From Trueperaceae bacterium (lineage in GTDB: Bacteria; Deinococcota; Deinococci; Deinococcales; Trueperaceae), in assembly GCA_965223045.1 (NCBI GenBank), contig CBDCVN010000013.1, forward strand, positions 4,167,840 through 4,231,839: a stretch of DNA of 64,000 nt, written 5' to 3'. A program made the translations under genes and the position numbers. Shown here in pieces: positions 37,343 through 46,239 of the stretch. The notes below the pieces were generated by a model. That model did not search any database and was not told the DNA's origin. It saw only the letters and a program-made list of their open reading frames with translations. Positions within the stretch are counted from its first letter, which is position 1. Each line of letters opens with the position of its first letter.

Positions 37343-37703
37343 TTTTTGTCTCCTCTAAGTCCGTTAAGTGCATATCGAAACGCTCATCCGCTTTTCTAAT
37401 GAGTTTCTTGTAGAATTTCTTCTGACTCGTTCCTGACTTGTCGCCAGCAAAAAGCAGAATTGCTTTTCTTGCTGGGTCAAACGCAAAGGCTACACGCCAC
37501 ACTCCATTGTCTGCATCAAATCGCAGCTCTTTCATGTTGGCATGCTTGGAACCGTTTAATGTGTCTGCGTTTGGCCTTCCAAGCATCGGGCCGAGTGCTT
37601 TTAGTGGTATAAGAGAAGCCAATAGCTCATCCTGTACTACCTCGGAGAGATTCTGAAACTCTGTCTCGAATTCGCTAAAGAACTCCACTTTCCACTGACT
37701 CAT
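37335..37703 (-). CDS. RelE/ParE-superfamily toxin (HigB/Gp49-like)
   Basis: Toxin-first order with an HTH antitoxin. Segment KELRFDADNGVWRVAFAFDPARKAILLFAGDK is typical of Gp49-like toxins. Confidence 0.75.
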   Translation of the reverse strand: MSQWKVEFFSEFETEFQNLSEVVQDELLASLIPLKALGPMLGRPNADTLNGSKHANMKELRFDADNGVWRVAFAFDPARKAILLFAGDKSGTSQKKFYKKLIRKADERFDMHLTDLEETKNG

Positions 37704-37949
37704 ATTATACCCTATATGCTATATAGCTTCAACTGCATATTTCAGGAAATACATTACGTCAGCGCTTTTTACAACTCCAAATCGTAAATTTCCTTGATCT
37801 CTTTGATTTGGAAGGGGTAACAGGCACGTTTAAATCCTGAGCGGCAATTTGTGATCTAACTTACTGCTTTGATTCCTTGTTTTACCATACGCCACACGGT
37901 GTTGTGCGAAACTCCCAGCAATTCCGCTACTTCTTGGTCCTGTTAGGCC

Positions 37950-37988
37950 TTCTATTCACTGACAAATAGGATTCCCCCTGATTTCAGC
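37950..37988 (+). repeat. 39-bp direct repeat, copy 2
   Basis: TTCTATTCACTGACAAATAGGATTCCCCCTGATTTCAGC. Directly abuts a 28-codon HTH gene fragment (QDQEVAELLGVSHNTVWRMVKQGIKAVS, minus strand, about 37853-37940). Confidence 0.7.
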
Positions 37989-38108
37989 ATTAGGGAGTTG
38001 CTCTAGCACTGAATTTCAGGGGAGGGTAGGGGTATGTCGTTTAGAGTTAACCCTTGTTGTCATTTAATAGGGTTGCCTTCTGACATCTGCCTTCCTATCC
38101 TACCTGTC

Positions 38109-38687
38109 ATGGGGATTGGTGTTTACATTCGGGTATCGTCTCATAGCCAGAAATCAGATAGCCAGAGGGTTGAAATTGAGCAGTGGCTTACAGCTCACGG
38201 TCATGATCTGGATAGTGTGCAATGGTTTGAGGATAAGGAAACAGGTGCACATCTGAACCGCTCAGGGTTTAATGCCCTTTGTGAAGCTATTTTTGAGGGA
38301 ACCGTTAAAACGGTAGTGGTCTGGAAACTTGACAGGATAGCCCGTTCCATGCGTGAGGGTATAGATATCTTGACAAAATGGTGTGAAATCGGTGTCCGTG
38401 TCGTTTCCGTTACCCAGCAAATTGATCTCTCGGGCACAGTCGGGCATTTGGTGGCAGGGGTGTTGTTTGCTGTTGCACAGATAGAATTGGAGCACACCAA
38501 AGAGAGGCAAGCTGCGGGGATTGCTCTTGCGAAGGAAAGGGGAGTCTATAAGGGAAGGAAAAAGGGAAGCACCAAGGCGAAGCCCAAGCGAGCAAGAGAA
38601 TTGAAAGTGCAGGGGTTAAAAGCTCCTGAAATAGCGACTGTGCTGGGAGTCAATGAAAGAACCGTGTTCCGCTATCTGAAAGGGTAG
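38109..38687 (+). CDS. Small serine recombinase (resolvase/invertase family)
   Basis: GVYIRVSSHSQ catalytic-serine motif, VVWKLDRIARS, C-terminal HTH. Start placed at internal ATG 38109. Confidence 0.85.
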   Translation: MGIGVYIRVSSHSQKSDSQRVEIEQWLTAHGHDLDSVQWFEDKETGAHLNRSGFNALCEAIFEGTVKTVVVWKLDRIARSMREGIDILTKWCEIGVRVVSVTQQIDLSGTVGHLVAGVLFAVAQIELEHTKERQAAGIALAKERGVYKGRKKGSTKAKPKRARELKVQGLKAPEIATVLGVNERTVFRYLKG

Positions 38688-38705
38688 GGAAGGTTTTCCT
38701 TGCAA

Positions 38706-38725
38706 ATATGGTAGATTCACCATAT
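38706..38725. promoter_or_regulatory. Operator-like palindrome upstream of the second higBA-type pair
   Basis: ATATGGT-AGATTC-ACCATAT, 34 nt upstream of the toxin start. Confidence 0.35.
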
Positions 38726-38758
38726 TATAGAGGTAGGGTAAAACGGTAGTATGGTCTT

Positions 38759-39133
38759 ATGGTGAATGAAAAACTGGTGATATGGATGGGAACGTCCAAA
38801 AAAGACCTGAAAGCAATGCCTGATGATGTGCAGGATGCCATAGGTTTTGTACTGGACAGAGTGCAAAAGGAGAAGCCACATCCCAAGATCAAACCGCTCT
38901 CAGGGAAAGACCTTGGGGGTGTTTATGAGATTCGCAGCGATCATGACACTGACACTTACCGAGCGGTGTATGTAATTAATTTGGGAGGCAGAGTATTTAT
39001 GCTTCATGTCTTTAAGAAGAAATCGAAAAAGGGAATAGAAACCCCTAAGCCTGACATGAACGTAATCAAAACAAGGCTGAAACAGGCCAAGGAATTAGCG
39101 AAGGAGTTGGATGATGAGCAAAACAAACATTGA
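38759..39133 (+). CDS. RelE/ParE-superfamily toxin (phage-related HigB-like)
   Basis: GVYEIRSDHDTDTYRAVYVINLGGRVFMLHVFKKKSKKG pattern. Followed by an overlapping HTH antitoxin gene. Confidence 0.75.
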   Translation: MVNEKLVIWMGTSKKDLKAMPDDVQDAIGFVLDRVQKEKPHPKIKPLSGKDLGGVYEIRSDHDTDTYRAVYVINLGGRVFMLHVFKKKSKKGIETPKPDMNVIKTRLKQAKELAKELDDEQNKH

Positions 39134-39476
39134 TTACGAGGTGGGAAGTGGGAACGTATTTGCTGATTTAGACTTACCTAATCCAGAAGAGCGCTTACTT
39201 AAAGCACGCCTCGCTGGCATGATTTATGATGTGATAGAAGAGCGAAGCTGGACACAAAAGCATACGGCTTCCATTTTGAACATCACACAACCAGATGTGT
39301 CAAAAATAGTGAATGGCATCCTGAAAGACTTTTCAGTAGAGCGTTTAATTAATTTTCTGGCGAAGCTAAATCAGCGCATTACCATCACCGTGCAGGATGA
39401 AATGCACGATCTGCCTCCAAGGGAAGTAGTTATTGCTGCTCAGATGCAAGAAACGGGGAGCCGTACAAGTCTCTAG
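39111..39476 (+). CDS. XRE-family HTH antitoxin (HigA-like)
   Basis: HTH segment WTQKHTASILNITQPDVSKIVNG. 23-nt overlap with the toxin gene. Confidence 0.75.
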   Translation: MMSKTNIDYEVGSGNVFADLDLPNPEERLLKARLAGMIYDVIEERSWTQKHTASILNITQPDVSKIVNGILKDFSVERLINFLAKLNQRITITVQDEMHDLPPREVVIAAQMQETGSRTSL

Positions 39477-39485
39477 GTCATGACT

Positions 39486-39520
39486 TCCCAACTTTTCTCT
39501 AATTCAAGGCATTAATTGGG
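39486..39520. repeat. Cassette-boundary palindromic repeat R1 (degenerate)
   Basis: TCCCAACTTTT ... AATTGGG with a longer loop. Confidence 0.4.
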
Positions 39521-39606
39521 CAAGTGGTTCTTGCACTTTTTCTGAAAGAAGTCCAAAACCGCCTTCTATTCCTTACTGGAAGCCAAAGTAAGACAAGCGA
39601 AGTTTG

Positions 39607-39631
39607 TCCAACTTTTAGAAAATAGTTGGGA
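39607..39631. repeat. Cassette-boundary palindromic repeat R2
   Basis: TCCAACTTTTAGAAAATAGTTGGGA. Confidence 0.65.
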
Positions 39632-39652
39632 TTGGGGGGTGGGTAGTTTTCT

Positions 39653-40228
39653 TTAAATTGCTTCCTTGTAGGCCCTGTTTATCTCTGCCATTTGCTCTGC
39701 ACTGCCTCCGTTATCGGGGTGAGCCAACTTTGCTAGACGGCGGTAGGATCGCTTGATTTTGTCTTTTGAGGCGTTTGGAGGTACTGATAGTATTTCGTGC
39801 CAAGATCGCTTAGTATCGGGTGCTGGGAGTGCCTGAAACCCTCTGAATGCTGCTTGCACTGTGTCGTCCCCACCCCAACGATTAATACCCCGTAGTGCAT
39901 TAATGGTTTTGCCGATAGCGTGGAGATTGTCTGCCACATCAATCCATTTGTCACAGGTGAAACACGTGTCCTGCCCGTTGTATTTAAAGTAAACTGCTAT
40001 GCCTGTATCATCGGGTTTTTTGTGATTGGCGTAGGGTAGCCCGTCCCTGCGTAATGGAATGTTGCTGGAGATAATGACATCCTTGCCACCTAGCAAACGT
40101 ACCTCATCCAATAACTGAGTCCTTGCCCATGTAAAACTCGTGTCAAAGCGGCTTTTTTGTGGATATTTGGTTCGAGGTTTATTGCTAGGCCAGTAAAGTG
40201 GGTAGGCTTCAATAGCATCCATTTTCAC
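39653..40228 (-). CDS. J-domain protein with an unassigned N-terminal domain
   Basis: C-terminal J domain WHEILSVPPNASKDKIKRSYRRLAKLAHPDNGGS with the HPD motif. Confidence 0.75.
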   Translation of the reverse strand: MKMDAIEAYPLYWPSNKPRTKYPQKSRFDTSFTWARTQLLDEVRLLGGKDVIISSNIPLRRDGLPYANHKKPDDTGIAVYFKYNGQDTCFTCDKWIDVADNLHAIGKTINALRGINRWGGDDTVQAAFRGFQALPAPDTKRSWHEILSVPPNASKDKIKRSYRRLAKLAHPDNGGSAEQMAEINRAYKEAI

Positions 40229-40311
40229 CCTCTCGTTTTAAGTGTTGTGATTTGCTTTTTAGATAGTGGAAAAGCAGCGAAAAACAAGGGTAAGAGTGGG
40301 TTTTGCATTAC

Positions 40312-40339
40312 ATCCCAACTTTTATAGAATAGTTGGGAT
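40312..40339. repeat. Cassette-boundary palindromic repeat R3
   Basis: ATCCCAACTTTTATAGAATAGTTGGGAT, with 9-bp arms. Confidence 0.7.
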
Positions 40340-40380
40340 AAAAAAGCAGGCTGTCCCGATGGGTAGAACAGCCCGTTTGC

Positions 40381-40710
40381 TCAGCCAGATGCAGCCCTCT
40401 CTTCCATTTGGCCTGCTATGCGTTCGCAGGCATACCAAACTAACAGGTTTTTTAGGCCTCCATCACTGAAAGCCATATCTATGCGTTTGAAGGTAGCGAT
40501 GAGTGCTATGGGGGTTTTATACCCCATAGCCCCCACGTCCTCGTTCAACATTTCCCAGATGTCTTCTTGGTACTGGTTGTAAAGCTTCACACAGTCATTG
40601 GTATAGGTTATGTGAGGCCAGCCAGCATCTGCACCATGCTGGTCAATATCTGAGGCCTCCTCGCTCAAATTTTCTTGGAACCACTCCTTGAAATTTTCGG
40701 GATTTTCCAT
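40381..40710 (-). CDS. Hypothetical acidic protein (109 aa)
   Basis: ORF with coding-like composition, no recognised motif. Confidence 0.45.
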   Translation of the reverse strand: MENPENFKEWFQENLSEEASDIDQHGADAGWPHITYTNDCVKLYNQYQEDIWEMLNEDVGAMGYKTPIALIATFKRIDMAFSDGGLKNLLVWYACERIAGQMEERAASG

Positions 40711-40931
40711 AATCCCTCGATCCTGAGTTTTACAGGATTATGCACGATAGGAAATCCCATCTCAGACATTGCAGAACGCAACGTTTGAATTCCCCTGCGT
40801 GCATGTCAAACTCGTCAGGGAGTGTAGTGAGACTTGTGGCTTCTGTTAAGGCCTAACGGGAGGGTAGTTAAAAAAATCCGCCAAATTTCTTTGCTGGAGA
40901 TATAATCCTTTGATATTGTTTCACATCAGGG

Positions 40932-41073
40932 ATGATCACCATGCGAATGCACTGGACGGATATTGAACTTGAAGAGCATTGGTCGCTAACGGACGCTGAA
41001 CAGCAAGCACTTTTGCTTGGCAAGACACAGGGGCAGAGATTAGCCATTGCGGCACTGCTAAAGTTTCACCAGA
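40932..41073 (+). pseudogene. N-terminal (DUF4158-like) fragment of a second Tn3-family transposase, cut by the inner transposon
   Basis: WTDIELEEHWSLTDAEQQALLLGKTQGQRLAIAALLKFHQ resembles Tn3-family TnpA N-termini. The reading frame then runs into the inner IR. Confidence 0.5.
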
Positions 41074-41180
41074 TTGGGTTCGTCCCAACAAAGGTACGTG
41101 AAGTCCCACAGGAATACCCCCCATTGATTTGATGTGATTGCGTTTTCGGCTTTTTTCGTCCTCCTGAATTAGTTCCTTTT

Positions 41181-44100
41181 TCATGCGGCTACTTTCAGGG
41201 GAAGAATTCCGATAGAATCTTTGAGTTTTTCGTCAGAGAAATCGTACTCGCCAAGCATATTCACATGTGCCCATGACATGGGCGAGTGTGCTGTGATTAT
41301 GCGGTGTAAATTTTCTTTGGTTTCGACGTCTGTCGCTTTTTCGATCTGGCGAGTGAGATAGAGGTAATTCCAGCAGATGATGCTGTTTTTGATGAGTCGA
41401 TTGCAGGCTTCAGCAATTTCCTGTTCCTCTTTTTCAGTCTGTGTAAATTCGCGGGGGTTTCCGACGGCGACGGCACGGGTGAATTTATTAGCTAACTCGA
41501 CTTTGTTGAGTTGTTTCTCAATGGCTTGCCGTAATTCCACATCGTCTATATAGCGAAGTATAAACAGTGACTTGATGATCTGCCCAAAGGCTTTGAGCGT
41601 CTGATACAGTGCATGCTGGCGAGAATAGGAATTAAGCCGCCGAAAAATATCCGAAGCGGTGTTTTCCTTGAGTTTGATGGTAGCAACTAAACGCAGTAGA
41701 TCATCCCAGTTTTCGTGGATCAGCGTGTCATTGACGTAATTGGCAGGGATGATCTTCCATCCCTCGCGGTTACTTCGCTTATGACCGTGAAACAGATAGA
41801 GCCTTTGCTTGCCAATCCCTTTGATACGTGGGGCAAAAGAAAATCCCAACAGGTGGATAAGGCCAAACACCGCCTCAGTATAGCCGTGTGTGTCGGTGGA
41901 ATGGATATCACTTTTGATGACATCATTGTGCATGAGACCGTCGATAACATAGGCGCTTTCACGGTCAGCGGCGCTGATCATCAGCGAATGCCACAGAAAA
42001 TGCCGTTCATCGGCGAAGGTGTAGGCGCTGACACCTTGTCCTTGCCCGAAATACTTGAATGACCGACTGGCATGCAGGGAGTCGCCACGCACCTCGAATT
42101 TCTGTCCGTCGCTAGCGGTATGAAGTGTATCCTTCTCCCGGCGATAGAGATTGGGAAGATCCATTTTATCCATGGCTTTGAGCACCGTATCATGGGCAGT
42201 ACGGATATTGTCGAGCGAGAAACGCCAGTTGACGGTGTGTTCCAGCTCACTTTCGGTAACACGCGAAGAAATTCGCGCCATTTTTCGTACACCAATGCCA
42301 CAACCCAGTCCCATGATCCCAGCCAGTAATGCGGGATGTGATGTGGATGGTCGGATATGGGTCTGTCGCCAATGTTCGAAAGCATCCAGCATGCCGCAGT
42401 GATTGTTGATAGTTTCCAGCACCTGTGCCAACGGCACATCGTGCCGTTCGGGAAACAAGGCTCCAAGCGGATCGACATCAAAAGCGTCGAGTGCAGGTGT
42501 AGCGACATGAAAGGTGCTATCAGAGCGGAATTTCAGATGTGGGTTGTTGGTCACACGATCGTTTGTCGTTTGATACTGTGCATAAAGAGCCTCGTCCAAT
42601 TTTGTTAGAATGGGTACGGGAGCGGCAAAACCGTCAAGACCGGCTCGTTCCAGCAAACAGGATTTCTCTCGTTTCCACCTTTCAGGAGCAATCAGATAGG
42701 CATCCATTGGGCGGTATTTATAGGATTGGACAAGGTTCAGATCGCCGGACTTGATTGCACCAGTGACGTGCTGGAACAGGAACACCTTGTAAAGTGAGGG
42801 ACGAAATGTACCATCTTCACGTGTCAATATTTCTCTCTCATCAGCATCAAGGAAATCCATCGGTGCTCGGTCACTAACACCTCCATTGCTGGCCTTGAAA
42901 TGCTCAATAGCTGCAATCAGTGAGGTAGCACGATCATTCGGTTTGAAAGAAAGTGCTCGCAAAATTGGGCGGAGACGATTTTGTAACCGCAGGGAATGTG
43001 CTTCCAGTACGTTATACCAGCTTCCATCTTGCGCCGTATCGTGCAGACTGACTTTCAATCGTTCAAACGCACCAGTTTGACCGCAATTCAGCAATGCTCG
43101 GATCTCTGTGATTTTCTGCGTATCGGACAGGCTATCAGCATCGGTCAGGGTGCGGATTTCCCGAATCAAGCCGAACACTTCAGTGTCGAGTGTCTCAACT
43201 ACGGATGTAATCCTTTCCTGTTGTCCCTTGCGGTTTTCCAGCAATCTTTCCTTGTGTTCACGCGCAGCGGTTGTTTGAAAGGAGGCCATGACATTAAGCC
43301 AAAGATCGACCAGATTATCTTGCATGCGGAAAAATTGATGTGCAACAAAGGCGGTAGCATGGATATAGCGATCGTTATCTTCACGCCGATGTATCTGAAA
43401 CACTTCAGATTTCAGCACACTGCCAGCATAATAGCGGATACCGGCAGTACCAAGATCAAGAACTGACAGAATCTTTTCAAGTTGGCTATACAGCACTGCC
43501 AGTGTCTCGAAATCTGCAATGCTTTCCTTGATCCGTGTCGGTTTTGTCGATTGCGATAGTTTTTTAAGCAACGTCAGACAGTAGCGATTCTGGTCGTCTG
43601 TCGTGCTGAACAGGTCATCCAGCAACCCCCGCGTTTCGTCGGTTAGATGGGTATCCATCAGCGCTACCAGCTCGGATTTTCGGGTATACAGACCCCCGCG
43701 GATTAGTTCGAGTATGACACCTGCTCGTGGAACCTGTACCCGACGCTGCATGAGGAAATCCACGCAGCGGTCAAACATCAGCCGTGGCTTGAGGTGCATG
43801 CGTGCCATGGTAGCAATTTCAATAGACAAGATTTTTTTCGCCGTCTCATTAAAAGGCGCAAAGCCATAGAACTCCAGAATCAGTTGCTGATGACGAGCAC
43901 GCGTCTGCTTGGCATATGCATCTGATGAAAAATCGGAACTTTGTAGCTCCAGAATTCGTGCAACTACTTCTCTATCGCGTTCATGAAAATCCTGTGGCTG
44001 ATAAAACCGCTTGGTTGCTTTGAAATATCCACACATCAGCAAAAATCCAATTTTCCCACTGGGTGTGCGCAGCGTAGCAGCGGTATCCATCAAACCTTTG

Positions 44101-44198
44101 GGTGGACTAAAAGAATGCTTCCGCTCACGATGATTGAACAGGGGCGGCTTGTCGAAAGACTCCTGCTCGTTTGCAGTAAGGATTCGCATTCGGGGCAT
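41181..44198 (-). CDS. tnpA: Tn3-family transposase
   Basis: 1005 aa, with a DUF4158-type N-terminus and a Tn3-type DDE C-terminal region. Confidence 0.95.
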   Translation of the reverse strand: MPRMRILTANEQESFDKPPLFNHRERKHSFSPPKGLMDTAATLRTPSGKIGFLLMCGYFKATKRFYQPQDFHERDREVVARILELQSSDFSSDAYAKQTRARHQQLILEFYGFAPFNETAKKILSIEIATMARMHLKPRLMFDRCVDFLMQRRVQVPRAGVILELIRGGLYTRKSELVALMDTHLTDETRGLLDDLFSTTDDQNRYCLTLLKKLSQSTKPTRIKESIADFETLAVLYSQLEKILSVLDLGTAGIRYYAGSVLKSEVFQIHRREDNDRYIHATAFVAHQFFRMQDNLVDLWLNVMASFQTTAAREHKERLLENRKGQQERITSVVETLDTEVFGLIREIRTLTDADSLSDTQKITEIRALLNCGQTGAFERLKVSLHDTAQDGSWYNVLEAHSLRLQNRLRPILRALSFKPNDRATSLIAAIEHFKASNGGVSDRAPMDFLDADEREILTREDGTFRPSLYKVFLFQHVTGAIKSGDLNLVQSYKYRPMDAYLIAPERWKREKSCLLERAGLDGFAAPVPILTKLDEALYAQYQTTNDRVTNNPHLKFRSDSTFHVATPALDAFDVDPLGALFPERHDVPLAQVLETINNHCGMLDAFEHWRQTHIRPSTSHPALLAGIMGLGCGIGVRKMARISSRVTESELEHTVNWRFSLDNIRTAHDTVLKAMDKMDLPNLYRREKDTLHTASDGQKFEVRGDSLHASRSFKYFGQGQGVSAYTFADERHFLWHSLMISAADRESAYVIDGLMHNDVIKSDIHSTDTHGYTEAVFGLIHLLGFSFAPRIKGIGKQRLYLFHGHKRSNREGWKIIPANYVNDTLIHENWDDLLRLVATIKLKENTASDIFRRLNSYSRQHALYQTLKAFGQIIKSLFILRYIDDVELRQAIEKQLNKVELANKFTRAVAVGNPREFTQTEKEEQEIAEACNRLIKNSIICWNYLYLTRQIEKATDVETKENLHRIITAHSPMSWAHVNMLGEYDFSDEKLKDSIGILPLKVAA

Positions 44199-44329
44199 AT
44201 GAGACCTTGGTTTAGATGGCCGGAACCGTTCCCTTTTGGACAGGTGAAAAACACATGTTCAGAAATTAGCTTGAAAGACTATAGGACATACTTATAATTC
44301 CGTACACCTATTTCTTACAGGAAAACATA

Positions 44330-44905
44330 ATGACCAGAACATTTGCCTATGCTCGTGTCTCAACAATTGAGCAAAACCCCGAAAATCAAATCCGGGAAAT
44401 CGAAACGGCAGGATTTGCCATAGAGCCGCACAGGATCATCACGGAAACCGTTTCCGGGTCGAGGGCCATTACACAACGCAAGGGATTTTCCAGATTGCTC
44501 GACAAGATGGAAAAAGGAGATGTACTGGTTGTTACCAAGCTCGACCGACTGGGACGCGATACTGTCGATGTCAGCATGACTGTGACCAAGCTGGAAAAAA
44601 TGGGAATTCGCGTGCATTGTCTTGCCTTGGGAGGCGTTGATCTAACCAGTTCAGCCGGAAAAATGACGATGAACGTCATCAATGCCGTTGCCCAGTTTGA
44701 GCGTGATCTGCTTATCGAGCGAACACAGGCAGGTCTATCTCGCGCGAAAGCGCAGGGAAAACCTCTTGGGAGACCACCAGTCCTGTCATCCGATCAGCAG
44801 AAAAGGGTGCGTGAAAAAATTGAAAACGGTGAACCCATCTCAGCTATCGCACGCCAGTTCAACACTAGCAGACAAACAATCATGCGAGTCAGAGAGGTCA
44901 CATGA
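44330..44905 (+). CDS. tnpR: Tn3-family resolvase (serine recombinase)
   Basis: FAYARVSTIEQ catalytic motif, VVTKLDRLGR, C-terminal HTH. Divergent from tnpA across a 131-bp putative res region. Confidence 0.95.
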   Translation: MTRTFAYARVSTIEQNPENQIREIETAGFAIEPHRIITETVSGSRAITQRKGFSRLLDKMEKGDVLVVTKLDRLGRDTVDVSMTVTKLEKMGIRVHCLALGGVDLTSSAGKMTMNVINAVAQFERDLLIERTQAGLSRAKAQGKPLGRPPVLSSDQQKRVREKIENGEPISAIARQFNTSRQTIMRVREVT

Positions 44906-45200
44906 ACCTGTGGGACTTTACGTACCTTTGTTGGGAAAAACCCCCTATTGGTTGCTTGCCCCCTTTTTGTTGCAACGGTTTGGTTTGACTTGGAAGGAAA
45001 CAATGGTAGCAATTCTTGCGCTGACCTTAATTTTGGTAGCATCGGCGGGCTTCACACTGGATATTGATGCACTACGCACTAAGGTGTGAAGAAAGGAACC
45101 TGATTCTATAGCGACCTTGGAAGAAATTAAGCGCAGCATGAACTAGCTCCAAAATCCAAAACTGAAAAATCTGGCGGGAAAATGAAGCTACCCTCCCGTT

Positions 45201-45465
45201 AGGCCTTATTGGCAGTACCGAAGGTCATAGCTTTGTGAACGGTCAGAATGATGATCTTGTTGGGGTCGATCCAAAATTAGGGTCTCTTGCTGATAATGGT
45301 GGTCTCACTCAAACCGTCTCCTTGTTAACAGGCAGTCCAGCTATTGACGCCGTACCCATAGCCAAATGCAGGGATTTGGATGGGAATCAAATAGCAACCG
45401 ATCAACGGGGCATTACCAGACCACAGGCTTCTGGTTGTGATATTGGCGCGTATGAGGTGAACTGA
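45201..45465 (+). pseudogene. C-terminal fragment of a choice-of-anchor-Q / beta-helix type secreted protein
   Basis: DPKLGSLADNGGLTQTVSLLTGSPAIDAV...DQRGITRP...GCDIGAYEV tail. The frame opens right next to the outer transposon IR. Confidence 0.55.
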
Positions 45466-45475
45466 GATGAGCTAA

Positions 45476-45501
45476 TCCCAACTTTTAAACAATAGTTGGG
45501 G
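45476..45501. repeat. Cassette-boundary palindromic repeat R4
   Basis: TCCCAACTTTTAAACAATAGTTGGGG. Confidence 0.7.
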
Positions 45502-45510
45502 TAATTTCTC

Positions 45511-45780
45511 TTAGTCAAATAATTCTGAGTGACTGCCTGTACGTACCAACCAGAGTATCTCCTCATCATAACGATAGATCAAAAGCCAGTCAGGGCGTAT
45601 GTGGCACTCTCTGTGGTCTTTCCAGTTTCCTGATAAAAGATGATCGGAATACCTTTCATCTAGGGCATTTCCTGCTTGCAAAATATCGACAACATTTTCC
45701 AATTCATCAATATCCTTTCCCTGCTTCCCTGCCTTCTTCAGGTCCTTCCTGAAGCGAGATGTGGTTTTGACAATGTACAT
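45511..45780 (-). CDS. YafQ/RelE-family toxin
   Basis: FRKDLKKAGKQGKDIDEL...YSDHLLSGNWKDHRECHIRPDWLLIY pattern. Confidence 0.85.
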   Translation of the reverse strand: MYIVKTTSRFRKDLKKAGKQGKDIDELENVVDILQAGNALDERYSDHLLSGNWKDHRECHIRPDWLLIYRYDEEILWLVRTGSHSELFD

Positions 45781-46037
45781 TAAACATCTAGCTCATTGCG
45801 TAGATCAGCAAAGCTACCATAAGTACGAGAATCATCTCCAGACTCTGCTTCTCTCATGGCTTCAAGCGTTTCGGAGTTGGGGATTTTTACCTCGAATGGC
45901 AATCCCTCTTGCAATACTACCTGACGCAAGAACAGATTTATTGCCTGCGCAGGCTTCATGCCTACTTCCTCGAAAATCGCAAACGCAGCTTTTTTTGTTT
46001 CTACATCGAGTCTTAGGTTTGTGGGTTCTGTAGCCAT
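45780..46037 (-). CDS. RelB/DinJ-family antitoxin
   Basis: LRLDVETKKAAFAIFEEVGMKPAQAINLFLRQVV RHH motif. Its stop overlaps the toxin start. The start could be 46049 or 46037. Confidence 0.85.
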   Translation of the reverse strand: MATEPTNLRLDVETKKAAFAIFEEVGMKPAQAINLFLRQVVLQEGLPFEVKIPNSETLEAMREAESGDDSRTYGSFADLRNELDV

Positions 46038-46112
46038 AGCAGTCTCCATAGGTTACAATTGTATATCATTTGTAACCTTCTGGCAAGATGCTTTCTAGGT
46101 GCAGCTTCTACA

Positions 46113-46140
46113 ATCCCAACTTTTAAACAATTGTTAGGGT
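46113..46140. repeat. Cassette-boundary palindromic repeat R5
   Basis: ATCCCAACTTTTAAACAATTGTTAGGGT. The right arm is degenerate. Confidence 0.6.
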
Positions 46141-46239
46141 TAAGGCTTACCTGTAGTTGTTCTCTTGATCTAGATTGCATTGTGATTTTATTCCATAATA
46201 TTATATTGAAGTATTTCAAATGGTTATTAGGAGAATAGC

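Larger units (their letters stand above)
41074..44945 (-). mobile_element. Tn3-family transposon (tnpA plus tnpR only)
   Basis: 38-bp inverted repeats: 41074-41111 (TTGGGTTCGTCCCAACAAAGGTACGTGAAGTCCCACAG), and 44908-44945 (complement GGGGGTTTTTCCCAACAAAGGTACGTAAAGTCCCACAG). Confidence 0.8.
40853..45207 (+). mobile_element. Remnant of an outer Tn3-family-like element bounded by about 40-bp inverted repeats
   Basis: GGCCTAACGGGAGGGTAG..CCGCCAAATTT at 40853 and its imperfect complement ending at 45207. Inside the left end is a transposase N-terminal fragment. Confidence 0.5.

Noticed and set aside
41715-43869. Many ORFs of 60-175 aa on both strands inside 41181-44198 (for example 41981-42508 and 42996-43466).
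   Set aside because: They lie entirely within the 1005-aa Tn3-family transposase gene, which is clearly the real coding frame.
44682-45089. A 135-aa plus-strand ORF running from inside tnpR across the transposon IR.
   Set aside because: It is out of frame with tnpR, crosses the inverted repeat, and has no protein-like features.
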